A stretch of DNA of 52,474 nt, from positions 1-52,474 of the forward strand of contig JAZSAH010000019.1 of the NCBI GenBank assembly GCA_045601745.1. The letters run 5' to 3'. Positions 38,487 through 46,243 of this stretch are shown piece by piece. A program made the translations under genes and the position numbers. Every line of letters begins with the position of its first letter. Positions within the stretch are counted from its first letter, which is position 1. Source of the stretch: Acutalibacteraceae bacterium. Its GTDB lineage: Bacteria; Bacillota; Clostridia; Oscillospirales; Acutalibacteraceae. The notes under the pieces were generated by a model. The model saw nothing but the letters and a program-made list of their open reading frames with translations, did no database searches and had not been told where the DNA came from.

Positions 38487-39116
38487 ATGAGCAGAGGCCA
38501 ACTGAACTATAAGGTATATAACGGAAAATCCATAAAAAAACTATTCGAAAATTCAAGAACCCTGATGCTGACATTATTATTCTCAGTCGGAATAATCATC
38601 GGAGCGTTAATGCTCAATAAAGAATCGTTTATAACAGATAAAATATCAGAAAATATCAATAATTATATTATTAATAAACCGGGGCAGGGGATATCGGAAA
38701 TTTTTATAAACTCATTATTATCAAACGGAATTTTTTTAGCATTAAATTTATTTCTCGCTTTTTCTCTGATTGGATTTCCGTTGATAATATGGATTCCGTT
38801 CTTAAAAGGTCTGGGAACAGGTGTTATATCAGGATATCTTTATTTATTATACGGTTTCAGCGGCTTCGGATACAGCATCCTGACTTTATTACCGGGAACA
38901 ACGGTTGCAGTATACGCTTTGATAACAGCCTGCAATATAAGCTGTGATTACTCACAAAATGCATACTCAAAATCAATAATCGGAAAAGGTCAATTTGAAA
39001 AAGGAGAAACAAGATATTTCCTGATTAAACAGCTTATTTATATATGCCTCAGTGTTGCATCATCATTGATTGATGCAATATTTTCAACAGTGTTTTTAAG
39101 GTTTTTTGAGCTTTGA
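38487..39116 (+). CDS. spoIIM: Stage II sporulation protein M
   Basis: 5-TM protein with LFSVGIIIGA, IFINSL, FSLIGFPLI..PFLKGLGTG pattern; SigE-like promoter. Confidence 0.75.
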   Translation: MSRGQLNYKVYNGKSIKKLFENSRTLMLTLLFSVGIIIGALMLNKESFITDKISENINNYIINKPGQGISEIFINSLLSNGIFLALNLFLAFSLIGFPLIIWIPFLKGLGTGVISGYLYLLYGFSGFGYSILTLLPGTTVAVYALITACNISCDYSQNAYSKSIIGKGQFEKGETRYFLIKQLIYICLSVASSLIDAIFSTVFLRFFEL

Positions 39117-40076
39117 AATGTTGTTGAGAGGGTTGGAGTCAACAGCTTCCTTCAACTGCTCATCATGTATATGAGTATAGATTTCTGTTGTGGAAAGATT
39201 CTCATGTCCGAGAATTTCTTTTAATTGTAACGGATCAACTCCGCCATGCTGATACATAAGAGTTGCTGCTGTATGACGAAGTTTATGTGTTGAAAGACCT
39301 CTCCCGGACAAACCATTTTTCTCAAGGTTTTTTTCAACAATATCCTGAACCATTCTTTTGCCTACACGGTCTTTTCTGTTACTGATAAAAAGAGCATCAC
39401 GATCAACAAGACCATCCTTGGGTCTGACTTGAATATATCTGTTAATCGCATCAACGCAAGCCTGATTAAGATAAATCGTTCTTTCTTTATTACCCTTACC
39501 AATAACAACAAGGGTATTATTATCTTTTATGTGAGAAATATTGATACTGACAAGCTCTGATAAACGCAAACCACAATTAAGAAACAGTGTCAGAATGCAG
39601 TAATCTCTTTCTTTATTCTTTCCGTCAACATTACTAAGAACCTTGACACTCTCATCAAGAGTCAAATATTTGGGGAGTGACTTTTTTGTTTGTGGAGATT
39701 CAAGAAATGCGATTCTGTTAACGCTGATTCTGTTGTTAACCTCGAGATAATGATAAAAACGCTTTATTGCAACAGCTTTTCTTGCTCTTGCATTATTATC
39801 ATTTTTTCTCTCATTTCGACAGTAGGCGAGGAATAAATAAGCCTCGTCAAGTGAAACGCTGCAAATTGTATCATCATCCAAAAGAGAAATATTAATTTCA
39901 TCAAACGGAATATTTTTATCGCAAAGATTTCTCGTTCTTGCAATAAATCTGAAAAATAACCTTAAATCTGATGCGTATTCCAAAACAGTAAGCTCAGATT
40001 TAGCTTTTATACCGGAAAGATAATTAAGATATAAACGAACAAGGTTAGGGAGCGTTACCAATTCTTCCTGACGCAT
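39096..40076 (-). CDS. xerC: Xer-family tyrosine recombinase (XerC/XerS-like)
   Basis: GGAGG SD, ATG 40076; catalytic set GLRLSEL, GKGNKER, HKLRH, LGH, TTEIYTH; no phage or IS genes nearby. Confidence 0.85.
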   Translation of the reverse strand: MRQEELVTLPNLVRLYLNYLSGIKAKSELTVLEYASDLRLFFRFIARTRNLCDKNIPFDEINISLLDDDTICSVSLDEAYLFLAYCRNERKNDNNARARKAVAIKRFYHYLEVNNRISVNRIAFLESPQTKKSLPKYLTLDESVKVLSNVDGKNKERDYCILTLFLNCGLRLSELVSINISHIKDNNTLVVIGKGNKERTIYLNQACVDAINRYIQVRPKDGLVDRDALFISNRKDRVGKRMVQDIVEKNLEKNGLSGRGLSTHKLRHTAATLMYQHGGVDPLQLKEILGHENLSTTEIYTHIHDEQLKEAVDSNPLNNISKLKKP

Positions 40077-40100
40077 AAAATATTTCCTCCAAAATGACAA

Positions 40101-40131
40101 GGGTGTGTTACAAAACAATTATAACACACCC
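40101..40131. repeat. 10-11-10 perfect inverted repeat over the xer -10 and start site
   Basis: GGGTGTGTTA-caaaacaatta-TAACACACCC. Confidence 0.8.
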
Positions 40132-40146
40132 GAACAAAAAAATCAA
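40118..40146 (-). promoter_or_regulatory. SigA promoter of the xer gene
   Basis: Minus strand TTGATT(40146-40141)-17-TATAAT(40123-40118) with TG extension. Confidence 0.7.
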
Positions 40147-40150
40147 TACA

Positions 40151-40178
40151 ATTGCACAAAATAAATGTTTTGTGCAAT
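40151..40178. other. Candidate dif site, 28 bp, perfect 11-6-11 palindrome
   Basis: ATTGCACAAAA-TAAATG-TTTTGTGCAAT; dif geometry, next to the xer gene, near the coding-strand switch. Confidence 0.6.
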
Positions 40179-40201
40179 ATAGGGGAGGATTTAATGAAAT
40201 A

Positions 40202-40942
40202 TTAATATTCAATTAAAGGCAATATTCCGCCGATATCTGTCAAAGGAGAATTGCAAAGCTCAACGACTTCAATATTATTCCTTTGAATTATATCTATTAT
40301 CTTATTATAATCCTTATGACTTTCCAATCTTCCGTTGAACGCAATTTTATTCTTGTCAATCTTACCGCTGCATCCTCCTATAAATCCGTAATTATATCCA
40401 TTCAGGACAATGGAACCTTTCGAGATTAACTCTGCATCGTTCAGAAAATTCTGAGTGGCTCGAAATATTGATTCATCATCGGTAATTATTGCATTTTTGT
40501 TCAAAACGCAGACCGAGCATTTGGCATATCCTTGATTAACATTTACAATTATATAATTGTTAATATAGGCATATTCAAGTATATCCTTTGAAACAGTTTT
40601 AACATTACATATAATTTTGTCGCCTATAACCGCACAATTCAGTCGGACATCTTCAGGATACTTATTTCCGGTTTTTTCTTTAATTTTATTAAAAGAAAAT
40701 TTTTGTTCTGACTCCCCTAAAAACAAATGTTCGTTATGACAAAAAATGACATTATTTCCCATATGCAAAAGCTGTAAATCGGCGTGGGATTTAACAGGTT
40801 CGGGAAGAAACGGAGAGTCATTAATAACAAGAGTATTAATTCCCGATTCATTTAATTTTTTGATTGACTCCCCTGCCGTATGACTGATTGCCACTGTAGA
40901 TACCTTGTTTTCAGGTAAATTCGGATTTTTAATATACTTCAT
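40202..40942 (-). CDS. Conserved clostridial protein, DUF6873-like (tentative)
   Basis: HADLQLLH, YPEDVRLN, VNQGYAKCS, AIITDDESI, GFIGG, LTDIGG; family recognised from memory. Confidence 0.65.
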   Translation of the reverse strand: MKYIKNPNLPENKVSTVAISHTAGESIKKLNESGINTLVINDSPFLPEPVKSHADLQLLHMGNNVIFCHNEHLFLGESEQKFSFNKIKEKTGNKYPEDVRLNCAVIGDKIICNVKTVSKDILEYAYINNYIIVNVNQGYAKCSVCVLNKNAIITDDESIFRATQNFLNDAELISKGSIVLNGYNYGFIGGCSGKIDKNKIAFNGRLESHKDYNKIIDIIQRNNIEVVELCNSPLTDIGGILPLIEY

Positions 40943-40944
40943 AT

Positions 40945-42309
40945 TTAATACACAGAAGCGTTGAACGCTTCATTAACATTGCTTGCACCAACAATTTCAA
41001 TATTTCCTTTGAAGCCTTCTGAAAGTGTTTTTAAGTTATGCTTTGGTATAATACATCTCGCAAAACCAAGTCTTTCGGCTTCTTTGACTCTTTGTTCACA
41101 GAAAGATACAGCTCTGAGTTCACCGCCGAGACCGATTTCACCAACAGCAAGGGTATCATCTCTGACAGGAACATCCTTAAAGCTTGAAATAAGCGCAAGG
41201 GCAACAGAAAGGTCTGTTGCAGGTTCATCAAGTCGAAGACCACCTACAACATTTATATAAGCATCGCAATTACTGAAAAAATATCCTGAGCGTTTTTCAA
41301 GAACAGCAAGAAGCATTGACATTCTGTTATAATCAAATCCCGTTGACATTCTTCTTGCATTTCCGTAGTTTGAAGCTGAAACAAGACCCTGAACTTCCGC
41401 AAGTATAGGTCTGCTTCCCTCCATAACGCACGCAATGCAAGTTCCTGCGGTGTTTTTGGGTTTACCTGAAATTAACATAAGGGAAGGGTTGATAACCTCA
41501 ACAAGACCCTTATCAAGCATTTCAAAAACGCCGATTTCATTTGTTGAACCGTATCTGTTTTTGACTGCTCTTAATATTCTGTAGGAAAGATGTCTTTCTC
41601 CCTCAAAATATAAAACGCAGTCAACAATATGTTCGAGAACCTTCGGACCGGCAATGTTACCGTCTTTATTGACATGACCGACAAGAATGGTTGGAATTCC
41701 GAGACCCTTGGCGCAATGCATGAAAAGATTGGTAGATTCTCTGACCTGAGTAACGCTTCCGGGAGAAGAACTGATTTCAGAAACATTCATTGTCTGAATT
41801 GAATCAACAATCACAAGATCGGGTTTTTCACATTTAATATATTCAACAATACTTTCAACATCAGTCTGACACATTATCAGAAGATTATCAGTTGAAACAC
41901 CGAGACGGTTTGCACGAAGCTTGATTTGTCTTGCGGATTCTTCACCGGAAACATATAAAATACGAAGGTTTTTTCCGAGAAATTCGCAAATTTGAAGAAG
42001 AATTGTTGATTTTCCGATTCCCGGATCACCGCTTAAGAGAACAAGCGAGCCCTTGACTATTCCGCCGCCGAGAACACGATCAAGCTCAGACATACCCGTT
42101 TTGAATCGGATTTCATCGTCAGCATCAATTTCATTTATTGTCTGCGCCGTAAGAGATTTAACGGATTTAACATTCTTTTGCTGCTGAGGCGTGCGGATTT
42201 CTTCTTCCATTGTGTTCCATTCACCGCAGCCCGGACAGCAGCCGTACCATTTTGCGCTTTCGTGACCGCATTCGTTGCAAATATATAAAGATTTATTTTT
42301 CAAAGCCAT
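40945..42309 (-). CDS. radA: DNA repair protein RadA/Sms
   Basis: CxxC..CxxC zinc finger, GDPGIGKST, VDSIQT, KNRYG, Lon-like C-terminus. Confidence 0.97.
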   Translation of the reverse strand: MALKNKSLYICNECGHESAKWYGCCPGCGEWNTMEEEIRTPQQQKNVKSVKSLTAQTINEIDADDEIRFKTGMSELDRVLGGGIVKGSLVLLSGDPGIGKSTILLQICEFLGKNLRILYVSGEESARQIKLRANRLGVSTDNLLIMCQTDVESIVEYIKCEKPDLVIVDSIQTMNVSEISSSPGSVTQVRESTNLFMHCAKGLGIPTILVGHVNKDGNIAGPKVLEHIVDCVLYFEGERHLSYRILRAVKNRYGSTNEIGVFEMLDKGLVEVINPSLMLISGKPKNTAGTCIACVMEGSRPILAEVQGLVSASNYGNARRMSTGFDYNRMSMLLAVLEKRSGYFFSNCDAYINVVGGLRLDEPATDLSVALALISSFKDVPVRDDTLAVGEIGLGGELRAVSFCEQRVKEAERLGFARCIIPKHNLKTLSEGFKGNIEIVGASNVNEAFNASVY

Positions 42310-43050
42310 TTAAACAGCCTCCGTTTTGTTGATAAAATCAAAAATACCAAGAGCTATGAATAACGCCAGTTTGCGTTGATATCGCTCATCCTTGAGCTTT
42401 TCTGTTTCTTCAATATTTGACAAAAAACCGCATTCAACCATAACGGCAGGATTTTCAGCATGATATAAAAGATAAATTTCCTGACCGCTTTGCTTGATTT
42501 CACGGGAATTTTCAGGTTGTAACCCCGTTATAACCGAATGTCTTATACTGTCAGCAAGAACACGGGAATCAGGATTGTTTTTTGAATAAAAAACCTGTGT
42601 TCCGCTGTATTTTTCCTGGGAAAAATGATTCTGATGAATACTGACAAAAACAGAATTATCCGTATTATTCAGAACAGACAATCTGTTCTTGATATCTGAA
42701 ACCTTCTTTTCTCTTATCGTTTCGGCATCATCATCATGAACGGAAATATCATCAGTTCGGATCATAACGGTCTCAACACCCATGGAGTTCAGAAAGTCAT
42801 TTAATTTATGAGCTATCATCAGGTTGATATCTTTTTCAAGGGTGCCGTCTTGGGAACTTGTTCCTCCGTCGGGACCTCCGTGACCTGCATCGATAATAAC
42901 CGTTTTATATTTAAAATTCTTAACACTGACATCAACAGCAGTGAAAAGATTCATAATTAGATTTCCGCCTGTAACAGCGAGAATAATCGTTATAAGTGAA
43001 ACTAAAAGAAAAAAACGGGTTTTTATCTTTGATGGAGCAATAATTTTCAT
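42310..43050 (-). CDS. cwlD: N-acetylmuramoyl-L-alanine amidase (Amidase_3, CwlD-like)
   Basis: N-terminal TM; IDAGHGG, EKDINL, IREKKVSDIKNR, SIHQN, GTQVFY, VECGFLSN. Confidence 0.85.
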   Translation of the reverse strand: MKIIAPSKIKTRFFLLVSLITIILAVTGGNLIMNLFTAVDVSVKNFKYKTVIIDAGHGGPDGGTSSQDGTLEKDINLMIAHKLNDFLNSMGVETVMIRTDDISVHDDDAETIREKKVSDIKNRLSVLNNTDNSVFVSIHQNHFSQEKYSGTQVFYSKNNPDSRVLADSIRHSVITGLQPENSREIKQSGQEIYLLYHAENPAVMVECGFLSNIEETEKLKDERYQRKLALFIALGIFDFINKTEAV

Positions 43051-43106
43051 AAGCTTTTCCTCCGCAAAATCATTTTTATAAATGATATGCCAAAAAGCTT
43101 ATGAAA
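43045..43106 (-). promoter_or_regulatory. Long hairpin covering the cwlD start codon
   Basis: 14-bp perfect inverted repeat TTTCATAAGCTTTT / AAAAGCTTATGAAA plus inner GCA..ATCATTT / AAATGAT..TGC stem. Confidence 0.65.
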
Positions 43107-43113
43107 TTTCGTG

Positions 43114-43533
43114 TTATCTGTGATTTTTACGAAAATCTATGTAATCCTGCAGAATCATAACTGCTGCAACCTGGTCAACAACCGCTTTTCTTTTTTTACC
43201 TCTCGTATTGGTAGCATTAAGAACATTATGAGCAACAACAGTTGAAAGTCTTTCATCACGCATAACGGTTTTAAGTCCCGATTTTTCAGAAAGGTACTGT
43301 GCAAAAGCTTTGCATTTCAGAGCCCTCTCCCCTTCCGATGAGTCCATGTTTTTAGGCAGACCGACAACAATCTGTTCAGCTTTATATTGAACAGCAAGTT
43401 CACAAATTTTGTCAATCAGAATATCGGAATTTCTTTGCTCGATAATACACACCGGAGAAGCAAGCATTTCCATTTTATCGCATACGGCAACGCCTGTTCT
43501 GACATCGCCGTAATCAATTGCCATAATAATCAA
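43114..43533 (-). CDS. ruvX: YqgF/RuvX pre-16S rRNA nuclease / putative resolvase
   Basis: AIDYGDVRTGVAVCD, VVGLPKNMD, DERLST, VDQVAAVMILQ. Confidence 0.95.
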   Translation of the reverse strand: MIIMAIDYGDVRTGVAVCDKMEMLASPVCIIEQRNSDILIDKICELAVQYKAEQIVVGLPKNMDSSEGERALKCKAFAQYLSEKSGLKTVMRDERLSTVVAHNVLNATNTRGKKRKAVVDQVAAVMILQDYIDFRKNHR

Positions 43534-43558
43534 AATATCAATCCTTATAACTTAAATT

Positions 43559-43586
43559 GCGGAGTTTGCATTTTTACAAACTCCGC
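43559..43586 (-). terminator. Hairpin after the PBP gene (weak U tract, possibly leaky)
   Basis: GCGGAGTTTG / CAAACTCCGC. Confidence 0.5.
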
Positions 43587-43593
43587 TGATTTC

Positions 43594-45849
43594 TTATCCT
43601 CCGTTAAGGATATTGTCAAGTGCATTTCCGAGACCGTTTACTGCGTTATCAACAACATCACCGACTGCTTCACCGACCGAATCCGGTTTCTTGGTGTTTT
43701 CTTCATCATTAGGTTTATAGGAGCATGAGGTGCAGACCGCGGGAAGTGCATTAATCTTATACCAACCTTTTTTTGTTGAACCGCAGTTTTTACCGGCAAG
43801 CTTTCCGCTGTAAGTGCAGTATCTTTTTTCAACGGTACCATTGCTCTTCGGGAAGAATTTCTCCTCAAGACCTTTATGAATTCTGTCAAAAACAGTCATA
43901 AATATTTTACCGCCGGGATTACCTGATGTTTCAAGAGTTTCCTGTTTGTCAAAGCCGAACCACACAGCAGCAACATAATAAGGAGTTCCTGCGCAGAACC
44001 AACGGTCGTTCTGCTTACTTGTTGTACCGGTTTTTGCCATAATCTGGAACTTCCTGACATTGGGTGCTTCGCCGAATTTACTTGTGCTGACAGTCTGAAG
44101 AAGTTCACAGATAATATCAGATGTTTCAGGTGAAATAACCTGTTCGCCGACCGGTTCTTCATTGCTCAGAATAATCTGAGTACCCTGGCTGTTTGTAACT
44201 TTATAATACGGATAAGGTTCATAATAAAGACCGCCGTTACCGAATGTAGCATAAGCAGCTGCCATTTCAACGGTTGTAGTTCCGTTTGTAAGAGCACCCG
44301 TTGCAAGAGGCGAAAGAGCGCGGTCTTTCTTTTCGTCAAGTCTTGAAAGATGGAATCTGTCTCTCAAAAACTCAAATGATGTGTCTATACCGAGATCATT
44401 TTTGATGATTCTCGTGGGAACCGTATTGTGCGACTGCTGAATAGCATATTCAACAGTAACATTGCTGCCTGAACCGAGAGTGCCGTTAACATTATGAGGC
44501 CAGAGTTTTCCGTTGACAGGAATAGCATAATCCTTAATCTTTGACGAATAGTTGATAAGATCAAGTTCAATAGCAGGAGCATAGGTTGCAATAGGCTTGA
44601 TTGTTGAACCGGGCTGTCTGTACGAATTGGCTGCTCTGTTGAGACAGAGAGGACCGTTCTTTTCATCAGCCGCGCCAACAATAGCAACAACTCTGCCTTT
44701 ATAGTCCATAATTGTCATGGCAGACTGAACTTTTTCTCCGTCTTTGCTCTTGATATTCGGGAAATTCTTTCTGTTGACATAAACATCTTCAAGAGCTTCC
44801 TGAACCTCGAGATCAACAGCTGCATAAATCTTCAGACCGCCGTAAAGAATCTGGTCGGAAGCCTGCTGTTTAGAGTAACCGTATTCTTCCATGAGATCCT
44901 GCTGAACACACTGTCTGACATAGTCAACATAAAAGCTGTGGTTGGTTTCTTCCTCGGTAATATTTATCTGCTCATCACTTTCATCCGGAACATATTTATC
45001 ACTGTTGGTGAATATGAGCTCATAATTCATTGCCTCATTATATTCTTCTTCTGTAAGAACACCCGTTTCCTTCCACATCATTTCAAGACAATATGCCTGA
45101 CGGACTCTGTTATCTTCGGGATTCAAAAGAGGATTATAAGCTGTAGGTTTCTGCGTTATGGAAGCAATAACAGCACATTCGGCGGCATTCAATTCACTGA
45201 TATCTTTTCCGAAATATTTTTCACTTGCGGTTTTAACGCCGTAACATCCGCTGCCGAAATATGCAGTATTGAGATATGCTTCGATAATAACATCTTTATT
45301 ATAATTCTTCTCAAGATTAAGTGCAGTGAGAATTTCATTGAACTTTCTGACAACTGTTGTGTCTTTCTCGTTTGTAAGGTTTTTAATCAGCTGTTGAGTT
45401 AATGTTGAACCGCCTTGTCCGAGATTTTTAGGAACAACAATAACACCTATTGTTCTGATCCAGTCAACGCCGTGATGCTGTTCAAAACGGGTATCTTCAA
45501 GAGCGATAATAGACTGAGCCATATAAGGTGACATATCATCAAGATCAACCCATACTCTGTCTTCCTCACCGTGAAGTCTTGCAAGTTCAATGGTTTTTCC
45601 GTCTTTATCATAAGCATAAATAAATGATGTCTGATTCTGGTTTTCCTTGTATTCATCAAGGTTAACAATCAAGTCGCCGTTGATAACGGAAATTGCATTG
45701 AACAAAACATAAGAAACAACAATGATAACTGTTAATGCCGCAACAGAAAACAAACCGTTGATAAACAGCAAAAACTTATTTATCTTCTTTTTCTTTCTTT
45801 TCTTTTTCTTACCGTTTGCATTCGGTTGACTTGGAGATGTATTATTCAA
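43594..45849 (-). CDS. Class A penicillin-binding protein (PBP1A-like); TTG start at 45849 by SD spacing, alternative 45858
   Basis: Lys-rich tail plus TM; EDTRFEQHHGVD, GGSTLTQQLIKN, RKFNE; GSTIK, SHN, KTGT. Confidence 0.93.
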   Translation of the reverse strand: MNNTSPSQPNANGKKKKRKKKKINKFLLFINGLFSVAALTVIIVVSYVLFNAISVINGDLIVNLDEYKENQNQTSFIYAYDKDGKTIELARLHGEEDRVWVDLDDMSPYMAQSIIALEDTRFEQHHGVDWIRTIGVIVVPKNLGQGGSTLTQQLIKNLTNEKDTTVVRKFNEILTALNLEKNYNKDVIIEAYLNTAYFGSGCYGVKTASEKYFGKDISELNAAECAVIASITQKPTAYNPLLNPEDNRVRQAYCLEMMWKETGVLTEEEYNEAMNYELIFTNSDKYVPDESDEQINITEEETNHSFYVDYVRQCVQQDLMEEYGYSKQQASDQILYGGLKIYAAVDLEVQEALEDVYVNRKNFPNIKSKDGEKVQSAMTIMDYKGRVVAIVGAADEKNGPLCLNRAANSYRQPGSTIKPIATYAPAIELDLINYSSKIKDYAIPVNGKLWPHNVNGTLGSGSNVTVEYAIQQSHNTVPTRIIKNDLGIDTSFEFLRDRFHLSRLDEKKDRALSPLATGALTNGTTTVEMAAAYATFGNGGLYYEPYPYYKVTNSQGTQIILSNEEPVGEQVISPETSDIICELLQTVSTSKFGEAPNVRKFQIMAKTGTTSKQNDRWFCAGTPYYVAAVWFGFDKQETLETSGNPGGKIFMTVFDRIHKGLEEKFFPKSNGTVEKRYCTYSGKLAGKNCGSTKKGWYKINALPAVCTSCSYKPNDEENTKKPDSVGEAVGDVVDNAVNGLGNALDNILNGG

Positions 45850-45870
45850 ATCTTTCAACCTCCTTTATAT

Positions 45871-46227
45871 TTATTTAGAAAATAAAGACTTTATATCCTT
45901 GAGTTCAGAATGAAAATCTGAAAGTTCAGCGATAAATTTATCATCCGATTCCTTTGTATCAGTAAAAACGGCGGCTTCGTTTTCGGATGAAAGTTTATTT
46001 TCCAAATCAGAAACTCTTGTTTCAATGGAATCAAGCTTAATCATAACCTCGGAAAGTGCTTTTCCGAACCCGTCTTTACATTCTTTTTCAAGAAATACAA
46101 TATGTTCACATGATTTTTTATAAAGCTCGTTCAGAGAGTTGTATTTATCAAGAATATGAGCAATATAAAAATCTGTCTGTTCAATATTATAGCCTTCAAT
46201 GCAAACTTCAATTTTTGGAGCTAACAT
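45871..46227 (-). CDS. Small coiled-coil protein with a DivIVA/GpsB-like N-terminus
   Basis: IEGYNIEQTDFYI resembles the DivIVA-domain GYxxxEVDxFL; heptad pattern follows. Confidence 0.5.
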   Translation of the reverse strand: MLAPKIEVCIEGYNIEQTDFYIAHILDKYNSLNELYKKSCEHIVFLEKECKDGFGKALSEVMIKLDSIETRVSDLENKLSSENEAAVFTDTKESDDKFIAELSDFHSELKDIKSLFSK

Positions 46228-46243
46228 ATAATCACCCCGTCAT

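Noticed and set aside
39096-40076. Prophage/ICE integrase
   Set aside because: No excisionase, phage, conjugation or att/tRNA context; flanks are core genes
25006-41488. KOPS-like GGGNAGGG octamers as support for the terminus
   Set aside because: Copies at 25006 and 38682 point toward the site, but one at 41481 is also on + beyond it; too few, inconsistent, and the motif for this lineage is unknown
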